A stretch of DNA of 64,000 nucleotides from a virus (taxonomy: Duplodnaviria > Caudoviricetes): IMG/VR virus record IMGVR_UViG_3300020049_006942; one strand, 5' to 3'. A program made the position numbers and the translations under genes. The stretch's first letter is position 1; each line of letters opens with the position of its first letter. The notes beneath the pieces were generated by a model. That model worked only from the letters and a program-made list of their open reading frames with translations. It made no database searches and had not been told where the DNA came from. Shown here piece after piece: positions 17,548-27,916 of the stretch.

Positions 17548-18066
17548 ATGAACGACAAAATTAAAGAACTTCTTGAAAAATATAATCCAGAATCACTTTT
17601 CCAAACAGTTTTGGAAAACTATGATTCTTCTAAAATACATCCAGGAAGTTTCGTAGTTCTTGATCCTGAGTTGCTTAAAAACCAAGATATTCGTCGAGAA
17701 CTAACAGTTAAGAAAGGTGCTACATATTTGGCCCAATTAGATAAAATGGCAGCAGATAAACATGTAATGTTTGTGTCTGCACTTAAAACTCTCAGATCAA
17801 CTTCGGGATTTCTTTCTGAGGCACCATCTAGTCACCCAGAAGAAGCCGATCTAGTTAATCACAAGGTTCCGGGTCTATACACTGGAATAATTACGGTTCC
17901 TTGTTCTATTCTGAAAACCGTAACCGAAGCTGGAGACATTATGCAACATCCGATTGATGATCAGTTTGTTGCTAAAATTAAACACGAAAAAGGTGCAACG
18001 CTTGAAAACGAATATAATAAAGGTAAGCAACCTAAAGGCACAGTAAACAACGGCGGAAATAACTAG
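17548..18066 (+). CDS. Late hypothetical protein, possibly head-internal
   Basis: TATAAATA 6 nt upstream; N-terminal LLE/VLE sites. Confidence 0.7.
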   Translation: MNDKIKELLEKYNPESLFQTVLENYDSSKIHPGSFVVLDPELLKNQDIRRELTVKKGATYLAQLDKMAADKHVMFVSALKTLRSTSGFLSEAPSSHPEEADLVNHKVPGLYTGIITVPCSILKTVTEAGDIMQHPIDDQFVAKIKHEKGATLENEYNKGKQPKGTVNNGGNN

Positions 18067-18077
18067 TAAATAGTTAG

Positions 18078-19832
18078 ATGAACGATTTTCCTGTAGCAAA
18101 AAATTCCTATGTAGCCTTTGATGGTCTTACCATTAAGGAGAAAATACGCGAACGCTTAAACCAAACAGGGATATTCACGGATCAGAACTTTGAAGGTTCT
18201 AATCTTGCTGGTATAAACGATGCTATTTCGATGAGTTTTTCGTTGCTTTTATATTATCTAAATCAAAACTCTGTCAATGGACAATTTTCACAAACGACAA
18301 TTTATGAAAACATCAACAAGATAGTAAAAGAATTAGGATATAATCCGGTTGGACATCAGACTGCCAGTGTCAATTTTACCCTGACCGCTAACGGAGATAT
18401 GGATGTCGGAGTGTATACCATTCCCAGATATTCATCTGTGAATGTTGCAGGGATAACGTATAGTTTTTCCGAAGATATACCATTTACGAAATCAACTAGT
18501 GGTTCCGAAGAAATAACAGGGATAGAAGATTTATCAACTCTCTATCAAGGAGATTATACAGAATTCCCTATAGTATTTCCTGCGGGGAATACTAATGAAA
18601 CTATAATTTTAACCGTAGAAGATTCTGATATATTAGACTCTTTTAATATTGATGTATATGTTAAGTCGAATAATGTATGGGAAAAATGGAAGCGTTCTCA
18701 GTCGTTGTTTCTCAACAGTTATCTAGATAAGGTATATGAAATAAGGTTTAACGAAAATAAGAGATATGAAATAAAATTTGGAGATGATATTAATGGAAAA
18801 AAATTATCAAGTTCTGATGAGGTTGCAATATACTATCTTCGATCATTAGGTAAATCAGGGGAAATAGGTGCATCAACACTCATTAATAAAAAGGTGAATG
18901 TTTTTAACACCGATAGATTGAACGAGATATTAGCAGATGTGTCGTCCGAAGTATATCTTTCCAGTTCTTCTTTAACTAAAATAGCCATAAATAATAAATT
19001 TTCAAGTACATATTACACAGAGCCAGAGTCTGTAAATTCTATAAAATCCAGTGCTATTGGATCATTTAGATCGCAGTTAAGTCTGACCACTGCAAAATCT
19101 TTCGAGACTTTTGTGAAGTCTAATTTCTCAAATATAATACATGATGTTAAGGTTAAAAATAATTCCGAATATCAAGATTCTTATTTCAAATATTTCTATG
19201 ATCTTGGACTAACCCAACCACAATTTGAAAGTCGCGCATTATTCAATCAATTGAGATTTTCAGATGCATGTAATTTTAACAATGTATACATATTCATAGT
19301 TCCGAAAATAATAGGCGATTCATTAGGTTATCTATCACCATCACAAAAAACAGCAATAGTAAAAAGTATGGATGAAGAGAAGGTGTTAACATGTGATGTT
19401 ATTCCTGTCGATCCTGTTTATATATTATTCGACATATGTTTACCAGAGTCTTCTACGATAAATCCATATGATATAGATAATAGTGAATTGGTTGTAGAAC
19501 GGTCATCTGGTTCGAGGATAAACGAATCTTCTATAAAAAAGAGTATAGAATCCCTCATCGTAGAGTTTTTCAAGAAAGAAAATAATACACTAGGTCAATC
19601 TATTAATATTCAAAAATTATATACAGATATTTTACAACTAGATGGTGTTGAAAAACTATACACTAAAAATACCACAACTGGTATTTCGGTGGAAGGCTTG
19701 AAGATGGTGGCATGGAACTCTGTATATTTTGATCAGAGTGTTGAAGAAATCGGTTCAGTTCGTTTGCTACAAGATTTTCAATTCCCTCATCTCAACAATA
19801 AAATTTTTACTGATAGAATCACTATCCAGTAA
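18078..19832 (+). CDS. gp6: Baseplate wedge protein, T4 gp6-like
   Basis: FTDQNFEGSNL, LGYNP, YEIKFGDDINGKKL, ESVNSIK motifs. Confidence 0.9.
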   Translation: MNDFPVAKNSYVAFDGLTIKEKIRERLNQTGIFTDQNFEGSNLAGINDAISMSFSLLLYYLNQNSVNGQFSQTTIYENINKIVKELGYNPVGHQTASVNFTLTANGDMDVGVYTIPRYSSVNVAGITYSFSEDIPFTKSTSGSEEITGIEDLSTLYQGDYTEFPIVFPAGNTNETIILTVEDSDILDSFNIDVYVKSNNVWEKWKRSQSLFLNSYLDKVYEIRFNENKRYEIKFGDDINGKKLSSSDEVAIYYLRSLGKSGEIGASTLINKKVNVFNTDRLNEILADVSSEVYLSSSSLTKIAINNKFSSTYYTEPESVNSIKSSAIGSFRSQLSLTTAKSFETFVKSNFSNIIHDVKVKNNSEYQDSYFKYFYDLGLTQPQFESRALFNQLRFSDACNFNNVYIFIVPKIIGDSLGYLSPSQKTAIVKSMDEEKVLTCDVIPVDPVYILFDICLPESSTINPYDIDNSELVVERSSGSRINESSIKKSIESLIVEFFKKENNTLGQSINIQKLYTDILQLDGVEKLYTKNTTTGISVEGLKMVAWNSVYFDQSVEEIGSVRLLQDFQFPHLNNKIFTDRITIQ

Positions 19833-19841
19833 ATAGTTTGA

Positions 19842-22800
19842 ATGCCTTCTATATCTTTAAATACGATCTCAAAACCAGAAAAGATTTCAAACGGATATAA
19901 TCCTGTTCCGTTGTCTTTCGCAGAATGGCAGAGAAGACACATCGGCATTGCATTTAATGATGCACAGGATCAGTATAAAAATTATTTAAATAATTTTTAT
20001 ACTGATCTTGATACAAAAACTCAGACTGCATCTACCAAGATAAAAGATGATTATGTATTATTACTAAAAAAACTATCTGTCATTTTTGAAAATGATGAGG
20101 CATTTGAGAGATATAAAAATTCCGATTTAACTTCGGAAACAGACCTCAAATTAGTAATTCCTGCATATGCAAAAAAATTGAAGGAGATAGCACTTCTATA
20201 TGCCAAAAAGAGAAATGAACTTAAATATAAAAAATTAGAATATAATTTAATAGGTTCGTCAGAAGGATTGGAGCGATTGATATATAATAAATTGGTATCA
20301 GTGTTCACTAAAAATGGTATCAGTAGTTTTAATAACGAAAATCCATTAATATCACAATCTCCAGAATTTTCTGCAATAAGAACTGATTTTGAAATAGAGA
20401 TCGAAGAGTTATATGACACAACAGATTACTTTGATAAGTCTGATGGAATAGACCCGCTTACTTGTATATTCAACAATATCTGTGATAGTGTGGTTTTACC
20501 TCCTACATCTGCATTGGCAGACCCGTTAGAACAAAACTATATATGCAACCCGACCAATGAAACAGTCGATGAACTTATTAGAAAAGCATATGGGAAATAT
20601 TTAGGAACTGATATAAATTACATATCGGGTGGTTTCTATATGGAAAATTGGCAGGAGTATACTCATACTTTTACAACAGGTGACAATTATTTTTATTGGT
20701 TTCGTGGTAAAAATGTGTACGATATACCGGATGGTATGTATAAAGATGTTGATATAAATGATATCGACTGGTCTTTTGCAACTGGTGGTGAGAATATGTA
20801 TGAATCTGATATTATATTTGTTAATATCGGAAGTTCCGATGTTTATGGTGCATGGTTGCAAAAGACTGACTATATTACGGTCAATGCAACAATGTCAGCT
20901 ATAATGAAGGATGGAAAGATATTCAAATTTCCGTACTGTAATTATGGACTTTCGGCATTTGGTGGAGAATGGAACGGCCCAAATATTGATGATACCGCCG
21001 AAAAAACAAGGATATTCTTCCCAACAGAGGAGGACTTTACTAATAACCAAAAAGATGTGGTAGATAAATATTGGACAGATTTTTCATTAATATCTACTGT
21101 TCAGTCTATAAATTTACAAAATACAAATATAGGTTCATATGGCAATGCAAGTAATATGTACAAAAATGCAGATAAAATAATAATCACATATGATAATGGT
21201 GCCTCGCGATCAATTTACAACGACAACTATCAGATAGCATGGTTGTATAAGTTTCAACAATCACAACTCCCTATTAAATCAGGAGTTAATAATATACTCT
21301 TTCCTATTACGAGATATGACGACCCCGAAGAATTATTCTTCAATTACGACACGGGTGATTCTATAAATTTATCATCCTTAGATGTTGGAGAATGTTTTGT
21401 TGGAGCGGTTGCATCCGAAACATTAGACACGTCTGATATGTTGATAAAAAAACAAAGTATATGTGGGCCAGAAATAGAAGCCGCATGGCTAAAGGCTGTA
21501 CCTCTAAAATATTTTGGTGCATCTGACAAAACACAATGTTCATGTGATGATATTGTTCAACATTTTTCAACCGATTGGATATTTGTTAGTGGTGGAGCAC
21601 AGGCAGGACTTTCGTTTAAATGTGAGTCTGGAGATTTTTTCAGATTTGTATGGACTGGTAATACGGTAGATATAAACACAGTTAACGGATTTAGAGGATT
21701 TTCACACGACGACTCCTGTCCATATAAACAACTAGATCATAGTGTTTCTCTAGTTGATAAGAATAGATTGGATGATTTAAACAAACCCCTCTTTGAAAAA
21801 TGGAAAAAATGTTCATGTCAAGCTATTCATTATTCTCCGATGGGACATACACAGAGTTCATTGGAGCATTTTTCCATAACTCCCGATTTTATCGTCAAAG
21901 ATACTGTATACCCTAACCTATTTAATAAAAAAACATGGGTAGGTAGTGATGGGAATAATTATACAAACAGTGTAGATTCGGCAAGATTTATACCAGAAAT
22001 AATCGAAACTGATATCGGTTGGGGTGCGGGTACATGGGAGACGCAGTTAGGAACATCTTTTATTTTAGAAAAGGGAACCACATACATCTATTATAGATCA
22101 AAAATAAACAACTGTGCATTTGATGCTCCTCCGTTCATAATAAATCAAAAATATGATGAAGGAACTATGAAAGATATAGATTGTGAAAAGATGTCATTTA
22201 TTCCACAATGGACCAAGGCTACTCAGGATGCGGACGGTGTATGGGTGGACAGTGGTATTGTATCGGATATGGTGCTAAATTTTGGAGACATATTAACATA
22301 TAACCACAAAGAAAATTATACAGAGATAAGAAAAAAATTATTATATAATGGTTTGGATTCAAAACAGCTTAGTGGCGATTTTATAACACTAAGTCCATCC
22401 GATTCTGCGATATCATTCGTAAACATAGAGAGAACCGTACCATCTATAAACTTCTTATTGAAGATACCACTGAATGGTGCATCTAATTATTGGGCTACTA
22501 AATATCCAGATTCGTCTCGAATAGTATTTGAATACTTGCATGTTACTCAACCAGCACCTATCAACATAACTATTAGTGATAAAAATATATTAGAATATAA
22601 GTTTGGTGATTGTGGTTCTACCTGTTTCGTGTGGGACGAACCGTTAACTTTCCAAGTATATAATCCCATTTTCCAATGGAATAAAATAGACATAAACAAC
22701 TGTGTTGAAAGTGACATATTAAATTATCTTAATAGTGAAAGTGTAAATTGTAATCGTCCGGTTGCGAGATGTCTATCGGATTGTGACTCATCTAGAATAT

Positions 22801-23696
22801 GTGGATGTGAGTATTTCTGTAATACAACCAAAATAGGAACAACACCTACATACGAAAAATCCACTATATCATTTAATACAGAAGTTAGTGGAATGCCTGT
22901 GTTTGTTAATTATTTTGCTCGGTCAGAGTTCAATCAAACGTTTAATGTACATAACATAACTGATGGAGAAGAATCCTTATATGTTCCTGTAGTAACGGGA
23001 TTGGCTAATACTGCATCAGAACCTTGGAAAAATATTCTAAACCAGTTTACTACCAACTTTGTATGGGAGGAATCTTCTGATGCCTTATTAACCAATAAAG
23101 AGGTAGCATTCTATAATCCTAAAAAAATAGGAATGGGTAGATATGAAACACATAATTCTTCTCATTTGATATCTTCTAATAACAATGATATACAATTTTT
23201 CAAATCGGATAATTTTTTCAACAAACCATTTTATAAAAATGATATAGATTCTTCGTATGTAGTAAATAAATCGCTAGGGTATGATGATGGGCATATACAG
23301 ACTCCTATTCAAACTTTCTACCCTTATACTACAACAAATGAGAGAGGTAAATCGTTTGTTTATGGTTTGTATGATAGTGGTGCATTGTCAAGTGTACAGT
23401 ACACAAATGCGTGGTCGGATGATGTGTGGAGTTGGGATACTGATATTTTCGGAAATCAATATTTTATAACATTACCAGAAACCATAGATTATAAATCATT
23501 ACCAACTACATTCGGAGGAGGTTTTATAAAATTATCTGATAACCGTTTATTATCATTCCAGAACGGGTTGAGTAGTGTATTTTCTAAATATATCAACCTG
23601 TATTTTGGAACGTCGAATACTTCTGATGACATATACATAACCGATGAGATAGGAAATTATATTTCTATAGAAAATGGACTGCTTTTACTCTTGTGA
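19842..23696 (+). CDS. Large Cys-rich baseplate/virion structural protein
   Basis: Follows gp6, own late promoter; WDTDIFGNQY; C-terminal ITDExG motif. Confidence 0.7.
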   Translation: MPSISLNTISKPEKISNGYNPVPLSFAEWQRRHIGIAFNDAQDQYKNYLNNFYTDLDTKTQTASTKIKDDYVLLLKKLSVIFENDEAFERYKNSDLTSETDLKLVIPAYAKKLKEIALLYAKKRNELKYKKLEYNLIGSSEGLERLIYNKLVSVFTKNGISSFNNENPLISQSPEFSAIRTDFEIEIEELYDTTDYFDKSDGIDPLTCIFNNICDSVVLPPTSALADPLEQNYICNPTNETVDELIRKAYGKYLGTDINYISGGFYMENWQEYTHTFTTGDNYFYWFRGKNVYDIPDGMYKDVDINDIDWSFATGGENMYESDIIFVNIGSSDVYGAWLQKTDYITVNATMSAIMKDGKIFKFPYCNYGLSAFGGEWNGPNIDDTAEKTRIFFPTEEDFTNNQKDVVDKYWTDFSLISTVQSINLQNTNIGSYGNASNMYKNADKIIITYDNGASRSIYNDNYQIAWLYKFQQSQLPIKSGVNNILFPITRYDDPEELFFNYDTGDSINLSSLDVGECFVGAVASETLDTSDMLIKKQSICGPEIEAAWLKAVPLKYFGASDKTQCSCDDIVQHFSTDWIFVSGGAQAGLSFKCESGDFFRFVWTGNTVDINTVNGFRGFSHDDSCPYKQLDHSVSLVDKNRLDDLNKPLFEKWKKCSCQAIHYSPMGHTQSSLEHFSITPDFIVKDTVYPNLFNKKTWVGSDGNNYTNSVDSARFIPEIIETDIGWGAGTWETQLGTSFILEKGTTYIYYRSKINNCAFDAPPFIINQKYDEGTMKDIDCEKMSFIPQWTKATQDADGVWVDSGIVSDMVLNFGDILTYNHKENYTEIRKKLLYNGLDSKQLSGDFITLSPSDSAISFVNIERTVPSINFLLKIPLNGASNYWATKYPDSSRIVFEYLHVTQPAPINITISDKNILEYKFGDCGSTCFVWDEPLTFQVYNPIFQWNKIDINNCVESDILNYLNSESVNCNRPVARCLSDCDSSRICGCEYFCNTTKIGTTPTYEKSTISFNTEVSGMPVFVNYFARSEFNQTFNVHNITDGEESLYVPVVTGLANTASEPWKNILNQFTTNFVWEESSDALLTNKEVAFYNPKKIGMGRYETHNSSHLISSNNNDIQFFKSDNFFNKPFYKNDIDSSYVVNKSLGYDDGHIQTPIQTFYPYTTTNERGKSFVYGLYDSGALSSVQYTNAWSDDVWSWDTDIFGNQYFITLPETIDYKSLPTTFGGGFIKLSDNRLLSFQNGLSSVFSKYINLYFGTSNTSDDIYITDEIGNYISIENGLLLLL

Positions 23697-23708
23697 TAAG
23701 TAAATAAT

Positions 23709-24425
23709 ATGTCCACCATTAAAGTTTCTGCATTATCATCATTTGACACTACTGTTGATAATGTCGATTTTTCGTATGTTCTAGTATTAGATACCTCTAA
23801 TACCGTTCAAGATGCGGTAGGGAGTGTTGTGATATCGCCTATATCCTCTATACAAGCAGAATTTTGGTCAACATCATCAAATACTCTAACATCCCTTTAT
23901 TCAACAGTACAGTCGAATTCATCAATCACTTGGAATTATCAAGGCGTGGACGTGAAGACGTTATCTAGTAATTGGCAGTCTACATATACAACTGTTAATA
24001 CAAATTCAGCAAGTGCATGGGTGGCACCAGACGGAACTAAGCTTCCTCTATCGGGTGGAGATATAACTGGTCCTGTATCCATCTCAGCAGGAACCATAAT
24101 AAATATTCCTCTTACACAAATAGTGTTGTCCGCAGATATGGTTTCTGTATTATCGGATGCTGGAAAGCATTTTTATCATCCAGTGTCAGATAATAATCCA
24201 CGAACATTCACCATTGCATCTAATGCTTCCGTGCCTTATACAATAGGGACAACTTTGACAATAGTTAATGATATGAATGTAGTTACTATTTCTATAAATG
24301 ATGATACTATGGTACTTGCGGGGGGGATAAGTACAGGAAGTAGATTATTATCTACAACAGGAATAGCCACAGCAATGAAAGTCACAAGTACTAGATGGGT
24401 TATTGGTGGTTCGAATATTACATAA
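23709..24425 (+). CDS. Short tail-fibre-like protein
   Basis: MSTIKVSAL N-terminus; LPLSGG; C-terminal ASVPYTIGT...MKVTSTRWVIGG; shares TWNYQG..NWQS module with 37061-39319. Confidence 0.7.
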   Translation: MSTIKVSALSSFDTTVDNVDFSYVLVLDTSNTVQDAVGSVVISPISSIQAEFWSTSSNTLTSLYSTVQSNSSITWNYQGVDVKTLSSNWQSTYTTVNTNSASAWVAPDGTKLPLSGGDITGPVSISAGTIINIPLTQIVLSADMVSVLSDAGKHFYHPVSDNNPRTFTIASNASVPYTIGTTLTIVNDMNVVTISINDDTMVLAGGISTGSRLLSTTGIATAMKVTSTRWVIGGSNIT

Positions 24426-24426
24426 C

Positions 24427-25317
24427 ATGTCTCTACCAGTCGTTCCATTGATATTATCCATAAGTGATACTTCAACTATTGTATACAATAGTACTGAACT
24501 TATTGGTACAGTTTCTTGTAATGATCTCACCCCGAGAACAGTTTATACGACAATTGGTGCAGTTTTGGCCGAAGGAACTCCATTATACACAGATGCAGGT
24601 CTAACTTCACTTCTGGTATCTTCGACATTTAATTATGGATATCAGTTTACGACTGATATTAATGGCGAAATACAATCTGGAACCATTACATGTGCTGATT
24701 CTATTACAGTTTATTCGGATTGTAATAACGGTGGCACGGAAGAGGTTTACCCTTATAGTTACACCAATCCATTTCCTAATGGAACAGCAATATACATAAA
24801 TTCTGATCGAACAACTGAACACACTTCATTCTCTTTTGTATATCTCGATGAACAATATGATTATGTAGCAACCAGTTCATTTACTACACACGTTGGAAAA
24901 TGTCGAGATGAGTATACAGGTACTATTTCTTGTTCAGATGGAACACCCCTATCAATTTTTGTATCTAAAGACACTGCACTACAAGTTGGAATATATCTCT
25001 ATACTGATACATTCTTAACTACCACTTTAAATTCTACAACATTTTCATATGGAGGGGTAAGGTACACAACCGGAGTTACTGGACTTGTAACATCTGTATT
25101 CACATGTTTAGGACAATATACTATATATGCAAATTGTGCATTAGATGATCCAATGGTTGTTTTTGCTTCTGCACCTCCTAGTGTCGATGGAACACATTTA
25201 TATCTAGATGCTGACCAAAGTACTGAAAAGGCTGGTGGTGGATTTGTATTTGGTGGTGCTAATTACAGTTATTCTCAGGGCGGTGGCACCACATATAGCT
25301 CGGATTGTGGAACTTAA
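24427..25317 (+). CDS. Repeat-containing fibre-associated protein (start reassigned to ATG 24427)
   Basis: Four ~70-aa Thr/Tyr-rich modules (GTxLYTD-like core), each bounded by Cys. Confidence 0.6.
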   Translation: MSLPVVPLILSISDTSTIVYNSTELIGTVSCNDLTPRTVYTTIGAVLAEGTPLYTDAGLTSLLVSSTFNYGYQFTTDINGEIQSGTITCADSITVYSDCNNGGTEEVYPYSYTNPFPNGTAIYINSDRTTEHTSFSFVYLDEQYDYVATSSFTTHVGKCRDEYTGTISCSDGTPLSIFVSKDTALQVGIYLYTDTFLTTTLNSTTFSYGGVRYTTGVTGLVTSVFTCLGQYTIYANCALDDPMVVFASAPPSVDGTHLYLDADQSTEKAGGGFVFGGANYSYSQGGGTTYSSDCGT

Positions 25318-25320
25318 TTT

Positions 25321-26511
25321 ATGAAAATCTCAATATTAAAAACTCTTTTGGATGACAGTGTTCTTATAAATACTGTCGATCTTGTATTGTACACCGCGAA
25401 TAAGACAAAGACTATTTCATTAAATATAGATCATCTGAAATCATGTAAACAAAATAATGTTTTCGGGTTAGAGATTTCTGATAATCTATATAATTCTTAT
25501 GATTCTATAAAATATGAAGTGTTGTTTAAAAATGGAATAAAACAGGAATTCGATTTTCCAAATAAAGAAGATGCACTGTTTACAGTTCCTAAAAGAAAGA
25601 AAGAGATACCTAATACTAAAATAAATACAAAATCACCGTACTACTTAAATAATGATGTGGATAAAGCTATCATTATACATAAGATGATGAGTGATATCTC
25701 AAATATATATAACACTTCGGAAATTAATTTAGGATCGAAAAACTTAATATACTATAGTGTGTTCGGCGGGGGGTATGCAGATTTATTTAAAACTTCACTA
25801 GAGACTATAAAAAACAACAGTGTAATAAATTTTGATGTATTGGTTATAACAGATTTAGTTACTGAGGGATATATTAAAGAACTAGTCCTACCTGTGGAAT
25901 TTAATATTTCATATCATATAATTGATACCCCCGAAGATGGTATTGCTGCATCTATGGCTAAAACAAGGATATTCGAATGGGACATTATAAATGAATATCG
26001 TAAGATTTTATTCTTAGACTGTGATATCATATGTATCAATGATGTTGCCCCTATTTTTGATGGGGTATTAGATACCAATAAAATATATACAGTATATAAT
26101 CCAACAGTTAATACTGGTAGTTTTTTAACACTTTATCATGGTTTAAAGTATAGAGCACAGGATATTAAAGATAAAGCTGATTTGAAGGGTTATAGGCCAT
26201 TTAATGCTGGGCAGTTCGCATTCTTAAATAGCACATATATACAAGAACATTTCAAGATTTTGAACGATACGATGGTTGTGTGGCCGGGGGAATATTTTGC
26301 AGAACAATCATTTATGAACAACTATGCGGTTATTGCGGATATAATCGATCAGTCGATTAGTGATAGATTTGTCATAGGTAATGCAACTGTCGTCAATCCG
26401 GCGAAGATACATGATGATGATGATATCTTCATCCATTTTACTGCACCTTTTTTAGATAGTAGCGTTAAAATTCCGTTTATAGAAAATTACATGATAAATT
26501 TTGTTCAATAA
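25321..26511 (+). CDS. Glycosyltransferase, GT8-like
   Basis: KILFLDCDII (DxD), FNAGQF, EQSFMN, FIHF motifs. Confidence 0.8.
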   Translation: MKISILKTLLDDSVLINTVDLVLYTANKTKTISLNIDHLKSCKQNNVFGLEISDNLYNSYDSIKYEVLFKNGIKQEFDFPNKEDALFTVPKRKKEIPNTKINTKSPYYLNNDVDKAIIIHKMMSDISNIYNTSEINLGSKNLIYYSVFGGGYADLFKTSLETIKNNSVINFDVLVITDLVTEGYIKELVLPVEFNISYHIIDTPEDGIAASMAKTRIFEWDIINEYRKILFLDCDIICINDVAPIFDGVLDTNKIYTVYNPTVNTGSFLTLYHGLKYRAQDIKDKADLKGYRPFNAGQFAFLNSTYIQEHFKILNDTMVVWPGEYFAEQSFMNNYAVIADIIDQSISDRFVIGNATVVNPAKIHDDDDIFIHFTAPFLDSSVKIPFIENYMINFVQ

Positions 26512-26548
26512 AAATTGATTATCTAATAGGTTGATAATAGATATAGAC

Positions 26549-27226
26549 ATGCCTATCTGTAATGATAAGAAAATTATATTTGTTCACATTCCGAAGACGG
26601 GTGGTTCTTCTATAGAACAATCGCTCGGAATGAATTCAGAGAATAATATATATTCATTATCACCGATGAAGTATACCAATATTCCAGTGGATCGATCAAA
26701 ATTCATGTACACCAAAGGCGCATTAGAATCTATGTGGTATAGGACACCACAACATCTAACTATAACCCAACTGTTTAAGATTATTCCTGATGCATTTACT
26801 GATGAATATAAGATATTTTGTGTAGTTAGAAATCCGTTTGAACGATTGGTAAGTGAGTGGGCATATATTCAGAATCATCCAGTAACACTTCCAAAAGATT
26901 ATAAAAAAATGAATTTTGAAGAATTTGTATATAGTGTGTTTAAACTTCCCACATTTGCCAGATTGGTGTTATTCGACTCTCACTTAGAAACACAAAAATC
27001 ATTTATAACCAACGAGACAAACGATATTGATTTTGATATTAATATATTCAGATTTGAGAAAATAGATGAATGTTTTAAATGGCTAGGTGTTGAGCCTGTT
27101 CAGACTATGACAAGTCATCACAGTTTATATAAAGAATATTACACACCAGCATTGGAAAAGTTTGTAGCAGGTATATATAAAGAGGATTTCGATTATTTTG
27201 GTTACTCGCCTACTATAGAAAGATGA
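26549..27226 (+). CDS. Sulfotransferase (Sulfotransfer_2-like); start reassigned to ATG 26549
   Basis: FVHIPKTGGSSI (5'-PSB) and VRNPFERLVS (3'-PB) motifs; YKEDFDYFGY end. Confidence 0.85.
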   Translation: MPICNDKKIIFVHIPKTGGSSIEQSLGMNSENNIYSLSPMKYTNIPVDRSKFMYTKGALESMWYRTPQHLTITQLFKIIPDAFTDEYKIFCVVRNPFERLVSEWAYIQNHPVTLPKDYKKMNFEEFVYSVFKLPTFARLVLFDSHLETQKSFITNETNDIDFDINIFRFEKIDECFKWLGVEPVQTMTSHHSLYKEYYTPALEKFVAGIYKEDFDYFGYSPTIER

Positions 27227-27242
27227 ATACATAAGTATCTCT

Positions 27243-27911
27243 ATGTTCAATATATATAATTCAATTTTTACTTCAAGTGGTGAAGGGATTCAAAGTTTGG
27301 AGGTATTTTTCGATAGTCTATTTTTCAACCTAAAGGTACAAGACGATAACACAAATCCTAATATATTATTAATAGAAAAAGTAAAAACCGATTATGATAT
27401 TGGTTCTATAACAAATCCAAAACCTGGAATATTAATAAACTTTGGTGATACTGGAAGTAATTCTCCATATTGTACCGAAGGAAATGTATATATAAAGTCA
27501 TTTATAAATCACACAAATAAAGAAGTTTATGTAGTCGGATTGTCATCATTTTCTGATTATACCATTCCGGTGGTGTATAATTACAATATAAATAATCACC
27601 GTGCATCACTTAAATTTCCACTAGATGCCCATTTAAGTGATTGGGTTGGATTCACCAACTTTATATTTAATTCTGCACAGTTTCCGGTGGCAAGTAAACA
27701 TGATGACGAAATAAATATATGTTTTAATAGTGTGACGGGTGATGCTAATTTTATAAACATATTATCTCTAGATACAAAAACAGACAATATAACCATAACC
27801 AATTACAGTATGATATCATCGATGCCAACCGATATAGTCGTTGAAGGTATTGACAATCATAATTGCTATTGTAAGATCGGTGATTATCGCGGCTCTTTTC
27901 TATATAAATAG
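27243..27911 (+). CDS. Late structural hypothetical protein
   Basis: CATAAGTA 5 nt upstream; lies in the baseplate cluster. Confidence 0.6.
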   Translation: MFNIYNSIFTSSGEGIQSLEVFFDSLFFNLKVQDDNTNPNILLIEKVKTDYDIGSITNPKPGILINFGDTGSNSPYCTEGNVYIKSFINHTNKEVYVVGLSSFSDYTIPVVYNYNINNHRASLKFPLDAHLSDWVGFTNFIFNSAQFPVASKHDDEINICFNSVTGDANFINILSLDTKTDNITITNYSMISSMPTDIVVEGIDNHNCYCKIGDYRGSFLYK

Positions 27912-27916
27912 ATGTA

